A stretch of 54,161 bases of DNA from Verrucomicrobiota bacterium. GTDB lineage: Bacteria; Verrucomicrobiota; Lentisphaeria; Lentisphaerales; Lentisphaeraceae. A model generated the notes under the pieces. That model was not told where the DNA came from, did no database searches, and saw only the letters and a list, made by a program, of their open reading frames with translations. Within the stretch, counting starts at the first letter, position 1; every line of letters begins with the position of its first letter. The position numbers were made by a program, and so were the translations under genes. Where the stretch lies: contig JBDKFG010000030.1 of the NCBI GenBank assembly GCA_039798785.1, positions 1 to 54,161 on the forward strand, read 5' to 3'. This document shows, in pieces, positions 39,126-48,309 of this stretch.

Positions 39126-39392
39126 TCAGGCCCCTTGCTGCCCCTGCGGGCCGTAGCACTTGAAGAGCTCGGAGCGGCGCACGGGATCCATCTTCGCCAG
39201 CAGCTCCTCGAACATGTTCAGCAGCTCCCCCGCCGGCGGCCGCACATCGTGGCTGTAGCTGATGCGGTGCACCGTCCTGGCATTGCAGGCCGGATTGACG
39301 CAGTTGACGTAGATGTCCTTGTCCGTGGTCGAGGGCTCCTTGCAATTGGAGATGGTGCTGAGGGTCTGGCAATGGGGGCAGCGGATACGCAT
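39126..39392 (-). CDS. ogr: Ogr/Delta-like zinc-finger late activator
   Basis: MRIRCPHC...IYVNCVNPAC...SH..RPP. Start moved to ATG 39392. Confidence 0.8.
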   Translation of the reverse strand: MRIRCPHCQTLSTISNCKEPSTTDKDIYVNCVNPACNARTVHRISYSHDVRPPAGELLNMFEELLAKMDPVRRSELFKCYGPQGQQGA

Positions 39393-39557
39393 GAGGAGCT
39401 CCAAGGATTTGTGGGAAAATCGCGCCGAATGAGATTTTCGCAACAAATTCATTCGTCGCGAGGGCTTGATTATGAAGGGATTTTTATGGGTGGCATGGGT
39501 CTTGCATTGCCCGCCGCTCTCTTCAGATGAACTGAAGGATAGTCAAGGAATACACGA

Positions 39558-39683
39558 ATGGACAAGAAAACAAAGAGGCGTTACACCGAACGGGAATTTC
39601 GAGACGGGGTCAGGCAGTTGACTGCCGCCCAGAAACGCAAGCTGCTGCAGCAGCTCCGGAGATTGGGGCGACCGCAAACTTAA
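39558..39683 (+). CDS. Small basic ORF (41 aa), not in the ORF track
   Basis: AAGGA RBS; MDKKTKRRYTEREFRDGVRQLTAAQKRKLLQQLRRLGRPQT; its stop overlaps the terminase stop (TTAA). Confidence 0.4.
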   Translation: MDKKTKRRYTEREFRDGVRQLTAAQKRKLLQQLRRLGRPQT

Positions 39684-41452
39684 GCCGCCTCCCCAAAGCT
39701 CACCCTGACCCCGTTTCCGCCGTCACCGCGGGGCAGGGTCAGGCCCTCGTTGATCAGGGCGTGCATGATCGCCCAGGCCACGTCGGCGTGGCCGGTGGTG
39801 GCGGAGCGCTCGGCGAAGAAGGTGCTGCCGCCGGCGGCGCGCTTGATCATCATGAAGGCCGCGGCGATGTCGCTGTGGCGTGAGTCCCAGAGGATCCGGC
39901 CCTCGCCGATGATACTTTGCGCCTTCAGCACCAGGTTGGTCTTGACCTGGACGCCGTAGTTGATCGGCGTCGCCCTGGGGAAGAACTTCTGCACCAGCTC
40001 GAAGACGCCGGATCCGGGGCCGGTGATGTCGATGCCGATGTACTCGACCTGGTACTTCTGGGTCAGCGCCTCGATCACCGCCGCTTGGGATTCCCAGCGC
40101 TCCCCGTAGAGGGTGATCTTCTCCAGCACCAGGAAGCGGCCGCGGGTCTTTGCCGGCGGCGCCAGCACCACGATGGCCGCGCCGTCGATGATGCGGCTGG
40201 GGTCGTAGCCGATCCAGACCGGTCCCTTCCAGCCGCCACCCTCGGGCTTCCATTCCGTTTCGTCGCTCAGGCACTTTTCGAGCTCGGCGAAGCGGAAGAC
40301 GCTGCCGCTGTCGTCGATGAACTCGCAGAGGAAGAGCTGGCGATACTCCTCGGGTGAATACTCCAGCTTGAGTTGCTCGCGGTCGAAGAGGTTGCAACCT
40401 TGCTTCTCGGCGTCATCGAGGTTGATGATGCGGCGCCAGCAGCCGTCGCCGGCCGTCCAGCGGGCGCCGCTGTGCAGCTCGGCCTCGCTGAGCATCGGGA
40501 TCCGCGCCTTGTTCGCCTTCTTGTTGCGCTCGTTGTGAAGGTCGCCGGACCAGAACGGGAAGGCGGCGTGCGACTTCGCCGAGGGCGTGCTGAAATAAGT
40601 CTTGGTCCACTGCTTGTGGGCGGCCATGGCGCCGGCCAGCTTGTTGAGCTTGGCGAAGCCCGGGATCCAGAAGTATTCGTCGATGTAGACGTCGCCGTGG
40701 TAGCCCTGCGAGGTGGTCGCGTTCGTGCTCAGGAAGTACAGCGTCGCGGTGCCGTGCGGCGTGATGATCTCAATCTTGTCCTTGCCGGTGAGCTCGACGC
40801 CGAACCAGTCGAGGGCGTAGCCCTTGATGTACTCGCGGAAGATGTCGCTCTGCGCCCTGGAGGCGCTCAGGAAGGCCTTGTTGCGGCCGGTGCAAAGAGC
40901 ATCGGCGAAGGCTTCCCGGGCGAAGTAGAAGGTCAGGCCGATCTGGCGGCTCTTGAGGACCTGGCGCACCCGTTCCCGGCGCACTTCCCAGAGCTCCTTC
41001 TGGTAGTCGAAGAGGCCGGTGAAGAAGTGGTCCATCACCACGGCTTCGCTGACGCCGCTGAAGTCATTTTTCTGGCTCTTGCTCTTCTTCTTGCGCTCGC
41101 CGCGCTCACCCTTTGCGGGGTCCGCAGCGCTGGCGACTTCTGCCGGTACGGCGGCCGCCGCCTTGGTCCGCGCCTCGATCTTGGCCAGGCGGTCGATGAC
41201 GCCGACCAGGGCCTCGATCTCCTGCAGGTCGCCGGGCTGCTTGTGCTCCCGATTGAGCAGCAGCTGCAGGCGGTGGTGGGCCACATAGAGCGAGCTCTGC
41301 TCGTTCAGGGCCTCGCCCCACATCTCCTCCTTGATCCAGGTGTAGAGCGTGCGGCGGTTGATGCTGAGCAGCTCCTCGATCTCGACCACTTTACAGCCCT
41401 GGAGGAAGAGCTTTCTGGCTTCGCTTTTCTGTTCTTCGGTGTAGGTGGCCAT
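39680..41452 (-). CDS. Terminase ATPase subunit (P2 gpP-like)
   Basis: N-terminal HTH, LKSRQIGLT.YFA.EA, FLSASRAQ, YIDEYFW, TYFSTPS, WIGYDPSR, GHADVAWAIMHAL. Confidence 0.95.
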   Translation of the reverse strand: MATYTEEQKSEARKLFLQGCKVVEIEELLSINRRTLYTWIKEEMWGEALNEQSSLYVAHHRLQLLLNREHKQPGDLQEIEALVGVIDRLAKIEARTKAAAAVPAEVASAADPAKGERGERKKKSKSQKNDFSGVSEAVVMDHFFTGLFDYQKELWEVRRERVRQVLKSRQIGLTFYFAREAFADALCTGRNKAFLSASRAQSDIFREYIKGYALDWFGVELTGKDKIEIITPHGTATLYFLSTNATTSQGYHGDVYIDEYFWIPGFAKLNKLAGAMAAHKQWTKTYFSTPSAKSHAAFPFWSGDLHNERNKKANKARIPMLSEAELHSGARWTAGDGCWRRIINLDDAEKQGCNLFDREQLKLEYSPEEYRQLFLCEFIDDSGSVFRFAELEKCLSDETEWKPEGGGWKGPVWIGYDPSRIIDGAAIVVLAPPAKTRGRFLVLEKITLYGERWESQAAVIEALTQKYQVEYIGIDITGPGSGVFELVQKFFPRATPINYGVQVKTNLVLKAQSIIGEGRILWDSRHSDIAAAFMMIKRAAGGSTFFAERSATTGHADVAWAIMHALINEGLTLPRGDGGNGVRVSFGEAA

Positions 41453-41520
41453 TGCTTCGCCTCATTTGTTGAGACGATTCTAGCCTGATGAGCGGAGGGA
41501 AAACCCAAGAAACCTTGGTC

Positions 41521-41573
41521 AAAAAGTGCGATGAAGTGAGATGCCGGCCCCATCGCACTTTGTCGCACTTTTT
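41521..41573. promoter_or_regulatory. Inverted repeat in the divergent P/O late promoter region
   Basis: 23-bp arms with 3 mismatches: aaaaagtgcgatgaagtgagatg-ccggccc-catcgcactttgtcgcacttttt. Confidence 0.6.
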
Positions 41574-41662
41574 TTGCTTTGCGAGAGGGGTGGAATCGCT
41601 GCATTATGGCCTCACAAGAGCACGCCCCACAGGGCAAAACGCAAGCATCAAGAGGCCCCCGC

Positions 41663-42553
41663 ATGGCAGGTAAAGTCGCACTCCTCACCGACTGGGTGAA
41701 AATTGGCAAATCCGGGCCGACCATCGACGGCCGCCGGATCGAAGCGGCGATGATCAAGGAAGCCGCCGCAACCTACGACCCGGAGAGCTACACCGCCGTC
41801 CTCAACTACGAGCACTACTTCGGCAACTTCGGCAGCGTCCGCGAACTGCGCGTCACCCCCGCCCCCGGCGGCGAGAGCTTCCTGGAAGCCCGCCTGCAGC
41901 CGAACGCCTCGATGCTGGGCCTGAACCAACAGGGCAGTAAGGTCTTCACCTCCATGGAGCTTTGGCCGAACTTCGCCGGCTCCGGCAAGTGGTATCTCTC
42001 CGGCCTCGCCCTCACCGACACCCCCGCCAGCCTCGGTACCACCGAGCTGAAGTTCAGCAAGCACGCCCAGGACTCCCGCCCGGAGCGCAGCGAGTCGCTC
42101 GAGCTCGACCCCGCCTGTTTCTCCGTCGCCAGCGGCGGCTCTGAGGATCCCGGCCTGATTGCCAAGATCGCCTCAGCCCTCGCCCCCCTCTTCGCCTCGT
42201 CCCCCAAGAAACCCCAGAACCCCCAGGAATCCCCCGCCATGACCCCCGAGCAATTCAAGGCCCTCCAGGACGGCCAGGCCTCCGTCGTCGCTGCCATCAC
42301 CAAGCTTGGCGAAACCTTCGCCGCCAAGCCGCCCCCTGCCGCTGCCGAACCCAAGGCCCCCGAGGGCAAGACCGAAGCGCCCCCCGCCGCCGGCGTCACC
42401 AAGGAGCAGTTCGCCGCCCTCGAGAAGAGCAACTCCGACCTGGCCGGCGCGCTGCAGAAGCTGACCGCCACCGTCGAAGCGGCCATGAAGGGCCAGCCCG
42501 GCACCCCGGTCCCGCCCAATGAGGGCTCGGGCAACGACGACAAGTTCGTCTGA
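41663..42553 (+). CDS. Capsid scaffolding/protease (P2 gpO-like)
   Basis: SGPTIDGRRI, YDP..Y.A.LN.EH, KVFTSME..PNFAGSGK.YL.GLA.TD.PASLGT..L.FS. Start moved to ATG 41663. Confidence 0.93.
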   Translation: MAGKVALLTDWVKIGKSGPTIDGRRIEAAMIKEAAATYDPESYTAVLNYEHYFGNFGSVRELRVTPAPGGESFLEARLQPNASMLGLNQQGSKVFTSMELWPNFAGSGKWYLSGLALTDTPASLGTTELKFSKHAQDSRPERSESLELDPACFSVASGGSEDPGLIAKIASALAPLFASSPKKPQNPQESPAMTPEQFKALQDGQASVVAAITKLGETFAAKPPPAAAEPKAPEGKTEAPPAAGVTKEQFAALEKSNSDLAGALQKLTATVEAAMKGQPGTPVPPNEGSGNDDKFV

Positions 42554-42610
42554 TCGGCCCGCCCCAGCCCCTCCGCAGAACCCAAGCAACCCCAGCCAGG
42601 AATCCCACCC

Positions 42611-42994
42611 ATGAAGTTTCTCTGCCTGCTCCTCTCGATTCTCGCGCTGGCCCTGGTGGCCAGCTGCGCCACGGCCGACAACCCCCAGCGCACCGGCGGC
42701 GTCTACGCCCAGGGCTGCGTGATCTTCGTCGACGGCAACCTGACCAAGTCCGGTGACAACGCCGCCACCTCCACCCAGGCTCCGCGCAATGATGTGCGCC
42801 CCTCGGCCACCGTGCCGGTGAACACCGGCGCCAGCGGCCTGGCCGATGCCGGCGCCGCCATCGCTCAGCGCTTGGCCCAGCAGCCTGCGTCCGCCCCGGC
42901 GCCTCAGCCTGTCCCGGAACCTGCCCCCGTGCCGAAGGCGCCGCCCCCCGCCCCGAAGCCCGACGCCGCGCCGTTGACCGCGCCGCCCGCCTGA
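42611..42994 (+). CDS. Pro/Ala-rich lipoprotein
   Basis: MKFLCLLLSILALALVAS-C lipobox; PAP-rich tail. Confidence 0.75.
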   Translation: MKFLCLLLSILALALVASCATADNPQRTGGVYAQGCVIFVDGNLTKSGDNAATSTQAPRNDVRPSATVPVNTGASGLADAGAAIAQRLAQQPASAPAPQPVPEPAPVPKAPPPAPKPDAAPLTAPPA

Positions 42995-43053
42995 CTCTCC
43001 TCCGCTCAATCCCCACCCCACCCGCTTCCAGAACCCCCCCCGGAGAAATCCCC

Positions 43054-44064
43054 ATGCGCATCGACACCCGCAAGCATTTCAACGCCCTCCAGGCCGCCAT
43101 GGCCAAGTCCTACGGCACCGACAATGCCTCCCAGCAGTTCACCGCCACCACCCCGATGGCGCAGGAACTCAACGACGCCATCCAGAAGAGCGTCGGCTTC
43201 CTCAGCCGCATCACCGTCATTCCCCGCGTCGACCTGGTCGGCGAGGTCCTGCGGATGTCGATCCTCTCGACCGTCGCCGGCCGCACTGATACCAGCAGCA
43301 CCGGTGAGCGCTCGCCGCAGCGTGCCGGCGGCCCGGATGGCCGTCAGTATGCCATGAAGCAGACCAACTTCGATGTCGCCATCCCCTACAGCCTGATGGA
43401 CACCTGGGCTCGCTACCCCGATTTCAAGGCCCGCTACTCCAAGGCTGTGCAGCAGCGCATCGGCCTGGACCGCCTCCTGATCGGCTGGTACGGCACCTCG
43501 CAGGCCGCCACCACCGACCGCGCTACCAACACCAAGCTGCAGGACGTCAACAAGGGCTGGATCTTCGACCTGAAGAGCAACAAGCCCGAGCACTACATCA
43601 GCCCCACCGGCACCGGCGCCGCCGGCCAGATCAACCTCGGCCCCACCGGCGACTACAAGAACCTCGACCACCTGGTCTTCAGCCTGTTCTCGCTGATCCC
43701 CGAGGAGCACCGCACCGGCAATGAGGTCGCCATCATCGGCCAGGGCCTGGTCGCCTGGGAGACCGGCAAGATGCTGATTGACCACGCCGGCACCCCCACC
43801 GAGAAGAACGCTATCAAGGTCCTCGGCAAATCCTACGGCGGCTTGGAATCGGTCATGGTCCCCACCTTCCCGGACAACGGCCTGCTGATCATCGACCCCG
43901 CCAACCTCCACATCTACTTCCAGGATTCGAGCGTCCGCCGCCAGTCGGTCGACAATCCCAAGAAGGACCAGGTCGAGGATTACATCTCGATGAACGAAGC
44001 CTACATGATCGCCAACCTCGAGGCCGCCGTCGCCATCGACGACAGCAAGGTGGTCTTCGAGTAA
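43054..44064 (+). CDS. Major capsid protein, P2 family (gpN)
   Basis: AGRTDT, QTNFD..I.Y..MD.WA, LDRLLIGWYG, LQDVNKGW, GDYKNLD.LV, NL.IY.Q. Confidence 0.96.
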   Translation: MRIDTRKHFNALQAAMAKSYGTDNASQQFTATTPMAQELNDAIQKSVGFLSRITVIPRVDLVGEVLRMSILSTVAGRTDTSSTGERSPQRAGGPDGRQYAMKQTNFDVAIPYSLMDTWARYPDFKARYSKAVQQRIGLDRLLIGWYGTSQAATTDRATNTKLQDVNKGWIFDLKSNKPEHYISPTGTGAAGQINLGPTGDYKNLDHLVFSLFSLIPEEHRTGNEVAIIGQGLVAWETGKMLIDHAGTPTEKNAIKVLGKSYGGLESVMVPTFPDNGLLIIDPANLHIYFQDSSVRRQSVDNPKKDQVEDYISMNEAYMIANLEAAVAIDDSKVVFE

Positions 44065-44071
44065 GCGCCGA

Positions 44072-44101
44072 GGCGGGCGCAGCGCCTGAGCTGCGCCCGC
44101 C
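44072..44101 (+). other. GC-rich hairpin after the capsid gene (mRNA stabiliser or attenuator)
   Basis: ggcgggcgcagc-gcctga-gctgcgcccgcc, perfect 12-bp stem with no U tract. Confidence 0.5.
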
Positions 44102-44180
44102 GCAAAGCCCCCCATGAAGATCCTCTACTTCCTCCTCGCCGTTCTCGACGAGCTCACCCACACAGCCCCGGAACCTCCCG

Positions 44181-44891
44181 ATGAGTAACTCCCACCCCAA
44201 CCCCGCCTGGCGCTACCGCCAAGGTGTCATTGACGCCAAGGCCAAGGCAGCAGCCGAGGCCAAGAGCGTGGCCGTCGGCGGCCAGGCCAACCGCGAATTC
44301 GACCTGCTGCTCAGCTCCCTGGAAAACGACCTGAAGCGCCTCGGCGGCCGGCCCAAGGGCAGCGCCCGCAACAAGGTCAAGGCCGACGAGCTGATCCCGC
44401 AGTACCGCGCCCACCTCGACAAGTACATCGCCGCCGGCGACTGCTACGCCAACCCCGTCCTGGTCGAAGTCATGATCTGGCTCTTCGACATCGGCGAGCT
44501 CGAGCAGGCCCTGCGCCTGGCCACCCTGGCCGCCAGCCAGAAACAGCAGCTCCCCGAGCGATTCACCCGCCGCGACATCGCCACCTTTGCGGCCGACGCA
44601 ACTCTGGAATGGGCCAAGCAGCAGCTCACCCTGAAACAGCCGATCGAGCCGCACTTCGGCGCCGTCCTGGCCCTGATCGACGGCGGCGCCTGGCAGGTCC
44701 ACGACGAGATCCTCGCCAAATTCCTCCGCCTCAAGGCCGACACCCTCAAGGACTCCGAGCCCGCCGCGGCCCTCGAGCTCCTCCGGCGCGTCCTCACCCT
44801 CGATCCCGGTGCCTCGATCAAGACCGCCCTCGAGCGGCTTGAGAAGATCGTCGCCAGGCAAACACCTCCCCCCCCGGCTGCGGGTGCCTGA
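44181..44891 (+). CDS. Terminase small/endonuclease subunit (gpM-like)
   Basis: K...LIP.Y, NPVLV.VMIWLFDIG, Q.LPERF.R; position after N. Confidence 0.88.
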   Translation: MSNSHPNPAWRYRQGVIDAKAKAAAEAKSVAVGGQANREFDLLLSSLENDLKRLGGRPKGSARNKVKADELIPQYRAHLDKYIAAGDCYANPVLVEVMIWLFDIGELEQALRLATLAASQKQQLPERFTRRDIATFAADATLEWAKQQLTLKQPIEPHFGAVLALIDGGAWQVHDEILAKFLRLKADTLKDSEPAAALELLRRVLTLDPGASIKTALERLEKIVARQTPPPPAAGA

Positions 44892-44960
44892 GCGCCTGGG
44901 ACGGGCTCGCCCTAAATCCCAGACGACCAGAACACCCCCAGCTCTTTTCCCCGAGGCCCC

Positions 44961-45440
44961 ATGAGCACCTTCGACTACGACTTCAACGCCAAGAGCTACG
45001 CCCCTTCGCCGGAGCAGACCGTCGCGGTGGCGGAGTTCTGGCCGGCGGTCAGCACCGAGGCCTTCTGCCGCGAGTACCGCATCCCCAGCGACATGCCGGC
45101 AGTGACGGTCGAAAGCGCGCTCAATCTCGCCTACATCGCCATGATGGCCGAGCTGGGCACCTGGAAGGCCGAGCAGGTCGGCGCCGGCTTCGCCTCCCTC
45201 GCCGCGGTCCCGGCCGAGAAGGTCAACGGGATCAGCGTCAAGGAATGGCTCTTCCTCCGCGCCGTCTACTGCACCGCCAAAGCGCAGCTCATGCCGGAGA
45301 ACCGCAGCATGAGCCGCAAGGCCGAGGCCGACATGCTTGCCAAGTCCGATCCCGAGATGGGAGACGACTACCACGCGCAAGCCGCGACGGCCCTGCGCCG
45401 CCTGATCGGCTCGCCCCGCGTCGGGGTCTACCTCGCATGA
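44961..45440 (+). CDS. Head completion/stabilisation protein (gpL-like)
   Basis: FWP.....F...YRIP, RAVY..AKA.L; synteny. Confidence 0.85.
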   Translation: MSTFDYDFNAKSYAPSPEQTVAVAEFWPAVSTEAFCREYRIPSDMPAVTVESALNLAYIAMMAELGTWKAEQVGAGFASLAAVPAEKVNGISVKEWLFLRAVYCTAKAQLMPENRSMSRKAEADMLAKSDPEMGDDYHAQAATALRRLIGSPRVGVYLA

Positions 45441-45940
45441 ACCCCCTCGGCCACAACTCCTCCAAGGCCCTGGTCGAGGTGATCCTCGCCCACGCCAAGG
45501 TGCTTGGCGTCGATGCCGCCAATATCGACATCGAGGTCGAGAGCGGTTCCGCCAGCTCCGCCGGCGGCCTCGATGTCGAGGGCCTCGACGCCCAGGGCAA
45601 GCCCGCGACCGGCATCGCCTTCCTGAACTTCCGCTACACCGCCAGCCTCTACATCGACACTCTGCCCAGCCGTTCCGTCCCTCTGCTCCTGCTCCTGGTC
45701 CAAACCCAGATCACCAAGGACGAAAATCGCGAACGGCTGGCTCTTCAGGATCCCAAGTTCCTGTTCCAGAAAGAGTCCGAGGACCACACCGGCGTCGTCA
45801 TCACTGCCGAGTTCAACGACACCTTCCACCTCAAGGAAGACCCGGACGGCCTCCTCGAGCTCGGCGGCAAGCGCTACTCCCCCGGCGACTACGCCCTCTT
45901 CATCGCCGAGCACGGCACGGTGGAGCACGGCCGCACATGA
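45437..45940 (+). CDS. Tail completion protein (gpR-like)
   Basis: ATGA-coupled start at 45437; RYTASL.I and F.D...L.EDPDG..E..GKRY. Confidence 0.75.
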   Translation: MNPLGHNSSKALVEVILAHAKVLGVDAANIDIEVESGSASSAGGLDVEGLDAQGKPATGIAFLNFRYTASLYIDTLPSRSVPLLLLLVQTQITKDENRERLALQDPKFLFQKESEDHTGVVITAEFNDTFHLKEDPDGLLELGGKRYSPGDYALFIAEHGTVEHGRT

Positions 45941-46707
45941 TCAGCATCAAGGTTCACGGCGGCGAGGAGATCCGGCAGCACCTGCTGCTGCTGGTGCAGA
46001 GCGAGGAGGACCTCCGCCGCCTGCACTACGCCCTGGGCAATGCCGTCGTCTCCGCCACCCGCAAGCACCTGAAGTCCCAGGTGACGGTGGACGGCCAGGC
46101 GATGGCCCCGCGTAAGCGCTTCGCCGCCAATCCCAAGCGCCTCACCGGCAAGGCGGCGCTGAAGAACGCCAGGATGCTCCGCCGCATGGCCGCCTCCAGC
46201 AGCCCCTTCGGCAACATCATCAAGGTCATCCCCAGCCCCGAAGGCGGCCTGGTCACCTGGCCCAACGACATGACGGCCCAGATCGCCTACCGCCACCAGT
46301 TCGGCGTCGCCGGCCGCTGGGACAACCGGAGCCCGGAAGGCCAGCGCGAGCTCAAGCGCTGGATTGAGCTGCAGGCGCAACAGGAGAAGCGCCAGGCCCA
46401 CAGCACCGGCCGCATCCGCGCCCCGGCGACGCATGAGCAGGCTACCGACCTGGTGCGCCTCGGCTTCTTCCAAAAGGTCGGCAGCGGCGGCCAGATCCGC
46501 CGCGACTACACCTGGATCCGCTCCCGCATGAGCTCGGCCCAGGCGGAGATGATCCTCCGCAAGATGGGCAAGACCCCCGCCAAGGATGCCAAGCCCCAGG
46601 CTTGGGATATCCCGCTCCCGGCCCGCCCCTTCCTTGGCGTCTCCAAGGCGGAAATGGGCGAGCTCCGCAAGATCATCATCGAAAAGTTCACCCGCAAAAG
46701 GAGATAA
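45937..46707 (+). CDS. Virion morphogenesis protein (gpS-like)
   Basis: Q.TVDG..MAPRK, IAYRHQFG, PAT.EQA..L..LGF, LPARPFLG. Confidence 0.85.
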   Translation: MISIKVHGGEEIRQHLLLLVQSEEDLRRLHYALGNAVVSATRKHLKSQVTVDGQAMAPRKRFAANPKRLTGKAALKNARMLRRMAASSSPFGNIIKVIPSPEGGLVTWPNDMTAQIAYRHQFGVAGRWDNRSPEGQRELKRWIELQAQQEKRQAHSTGRIRAPATHEQATDLVRLGFFQKVGSGGQIRRDYTWIRSRMSSAQAEMILRKMGKTPAKDAKPQAWDIPLPARPFLGVSKAEMGELRKIIIEKFTRKRR

Positions 46708-46709
46708 CC

Positions 46710-47843
46710 ATGGGCATCGGAACCGTCAGTGTTCTCACCGTCAACAACCAGGGAGGCGGATTCGCCGCCACCGAGCGTTGCTTCCTGTTCTTCGGCGTCG
46801 CCGCCAGTTCGAGCCACAACAAGGAGCTGCTCACCATCGGCCCGCAGACTGACCTCGACACGCTGCTCGGCAGCGGCAGCAGCGACCTGAAGACCCAGCT
46901 CAAGGCGGCCATCGCCAACGCCGCCGACCCGAACTTCGTCTGCTACGCCATGCCGATCACCGTCGGCACCGACGACTGGAAGGTCGAGCTCGACCGCGTC
47001 TTCACCGAGTCGCCCCAGCTCGCCATCGAGGGCGTGGTCATCTGCCCCGTGGTCAGCGCCCAGGCGGACGTCACCGCCGCCCAGACGGCGATGAACACCA
47101 TGCTGAGCAAATACGCGGTCTACCTCTCCTGCCACATGGCCGTCGCCGGCATCGACCCGCTGACCCAGACCTGGAGCGCCTACAAGACGGCGATCAAGGC
47201 GCTGAACAACGCCGTCGTCGCCGCCCGCGTCTCCCTTGTGCCGCAGCTGCACGGCAACAACCTCGGCGTCGTCATCGGCCGCCTCTGCAATCCCGCCGCT
47301 TCCCTGGCCGACAGCCCGATGCGTACCGCCACCGGCGCCCTGATCGGCCTCGGCCCCAAGCCCAAGGACTCGGCCAACGCCTACATCAACATGGCCGACA
47401 TGAAGGAGCTCAGCGACGCCCGCTTCTCGGTGCCCCAGTGGTACGCCGGCTACAACGGCACCTTCTGGGCCGACCACATGATGCTGGACAACGAGAGCGG
47501 CGACTTCCAGGTCTTCGAAAACCTGAGGGTGATGGACTACCTGGCCCGCCGCGTCCGCGTCCTGGTCATCGCCCGCATCGCCAACCGCCTGCTGAACAGC
47601 ACCAGCAAGAGCATCGAGCTCCACAAGACCTACTTCGGCCGCCCCCTGCGTGAGGCCGCCCGGCCGATCGTCATCGGCGCCGGCGAGATCCCCGGCCTCA
47701 TTCAGCCCCCGGAGGGAGGCGACATCGCCATCACCTGGACCAGCCAGACCGAGGTCGCGGTCGGCATCACCGCCGCCCCCTACCAGAACCCCAAGAAAAT
47801 CACGGTCTGGCTCGGCCTGGACCTGAGCAGAGGAGTCGCCTGA
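46710..47843 (+). CDS. HP1-type tail sheath (DUF2586 family)
   Basis: N.QGG....ER.FLF.G, LGV.IGRLC...S.ADSPMR.ATG, RFSVPQWY..Y.G.FWAD, E.LRV, LDLS. Start moved to ATG 46710. Confidence 0.9.
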   Translation: MGIGTVSVLTVNNQGGGFAATERCFLFFGVAASSSHNKELLTIGPQTDLDTLLGSGSSDLKTQLKAAIANAADPNFVCYAMPITVGTDDWKVELDRVFTESPQLAIEGVVICPVVSAQADVTAAQTAMNTMLSKYAVYLSCHMAVAGIDPLTQTWSAYKTAIKALNNAVVAARVSLVPQLHGNNLGVVIGRLCNPAASLADSPMRTATGALIGLGPKPKDSANAYINMADMKELSDARFSVPQWYAGYNGTFWADHMMLDNESGDFQVFENLRVMDYLARRVRVLVIARIANRLLNSTSKSIELHKTYFGRPLREAARPIVIGAGEIPGLIQPPEGGDIAITWTSQTEVAVGITAAPYQNPKKITVWLGLDLSRGVA

Positions 47844-47844
47844 T

Positions 47845-48306
47845 ATGAGCAACAGCACCAGCGGCAGACAGCGTATCAACTCGCTTTCCTTCTCGATCAC
47901 CGTCGGCGACACCGACATCGTGTGCGACAAGATGAGCCTGGACATCGACGACGGCACCACCTTCGCCAAGAAGAACGGCCGGCCGGACGGCTGGCTCCTC
48001 GGCGAGGTCTCGGCCAAGGGAGAACTCTCGATCGGCCTGGACGAGTTCAAGAAGCTCAAGTCGGCCGCCCAGTCCGCCGGCTCCTGGCAGGAGCTCGCCC
48101 CCTTCGACATCGTCGCCTACGCCAAGGCCGGCGACGACGAGACCAAGGTCGAGGCTTTCGGCTGCAAGATCACCCTGGCCAAGCTCCTCGACGTCGACAA
48201 GGGCAGCTCCGACAAGTCGGTACGCTCGGTCCCCTTCGTCGTCACCGCACCCGAGTTCGTCAACATCGACGGCATCCCCTACATCAAAGCCCAGCAGAAA
48301 GGCTAA
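47845..48306 (+). CDS. HP1-type tail tube (DUF2597 family)
   Basis: G.PDGW..G.VSA.GE, AGSW, KVEAFGCK, VT.P.FV.IDGIPY. Confidence 0.9.
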   Translation: MSNSTSGRQRINSLSFSITVGDTDIVCDKMSLDIDDGTTFAKKNGRPDGWLLGEVSAKGELSIGLDEFKKLKSAAQSAGSWQELAPFDIVAYAKAGDDETKVEAFGCKITLAKLLDVDKGSSDKSVRSVPFVVTAPEFVNIDGIPYIKAQQKG

Positions 48307-48309
48307 GCC

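Noticed and set aside
39558..39683. IS3-type transposase remnant (KRRYTEREFR resembles a transposase N-terminus)
   Set aside because: Similarity is limited to a few residues; no terminal inverted repeats or catalytic domain
44114..44188. 24-aa ORF MKILYFLLAVLDELTHTAPEPPDE between the capsid and gpM genes
   Set aside because: No clear RBS and too short to support as a holin or other gene
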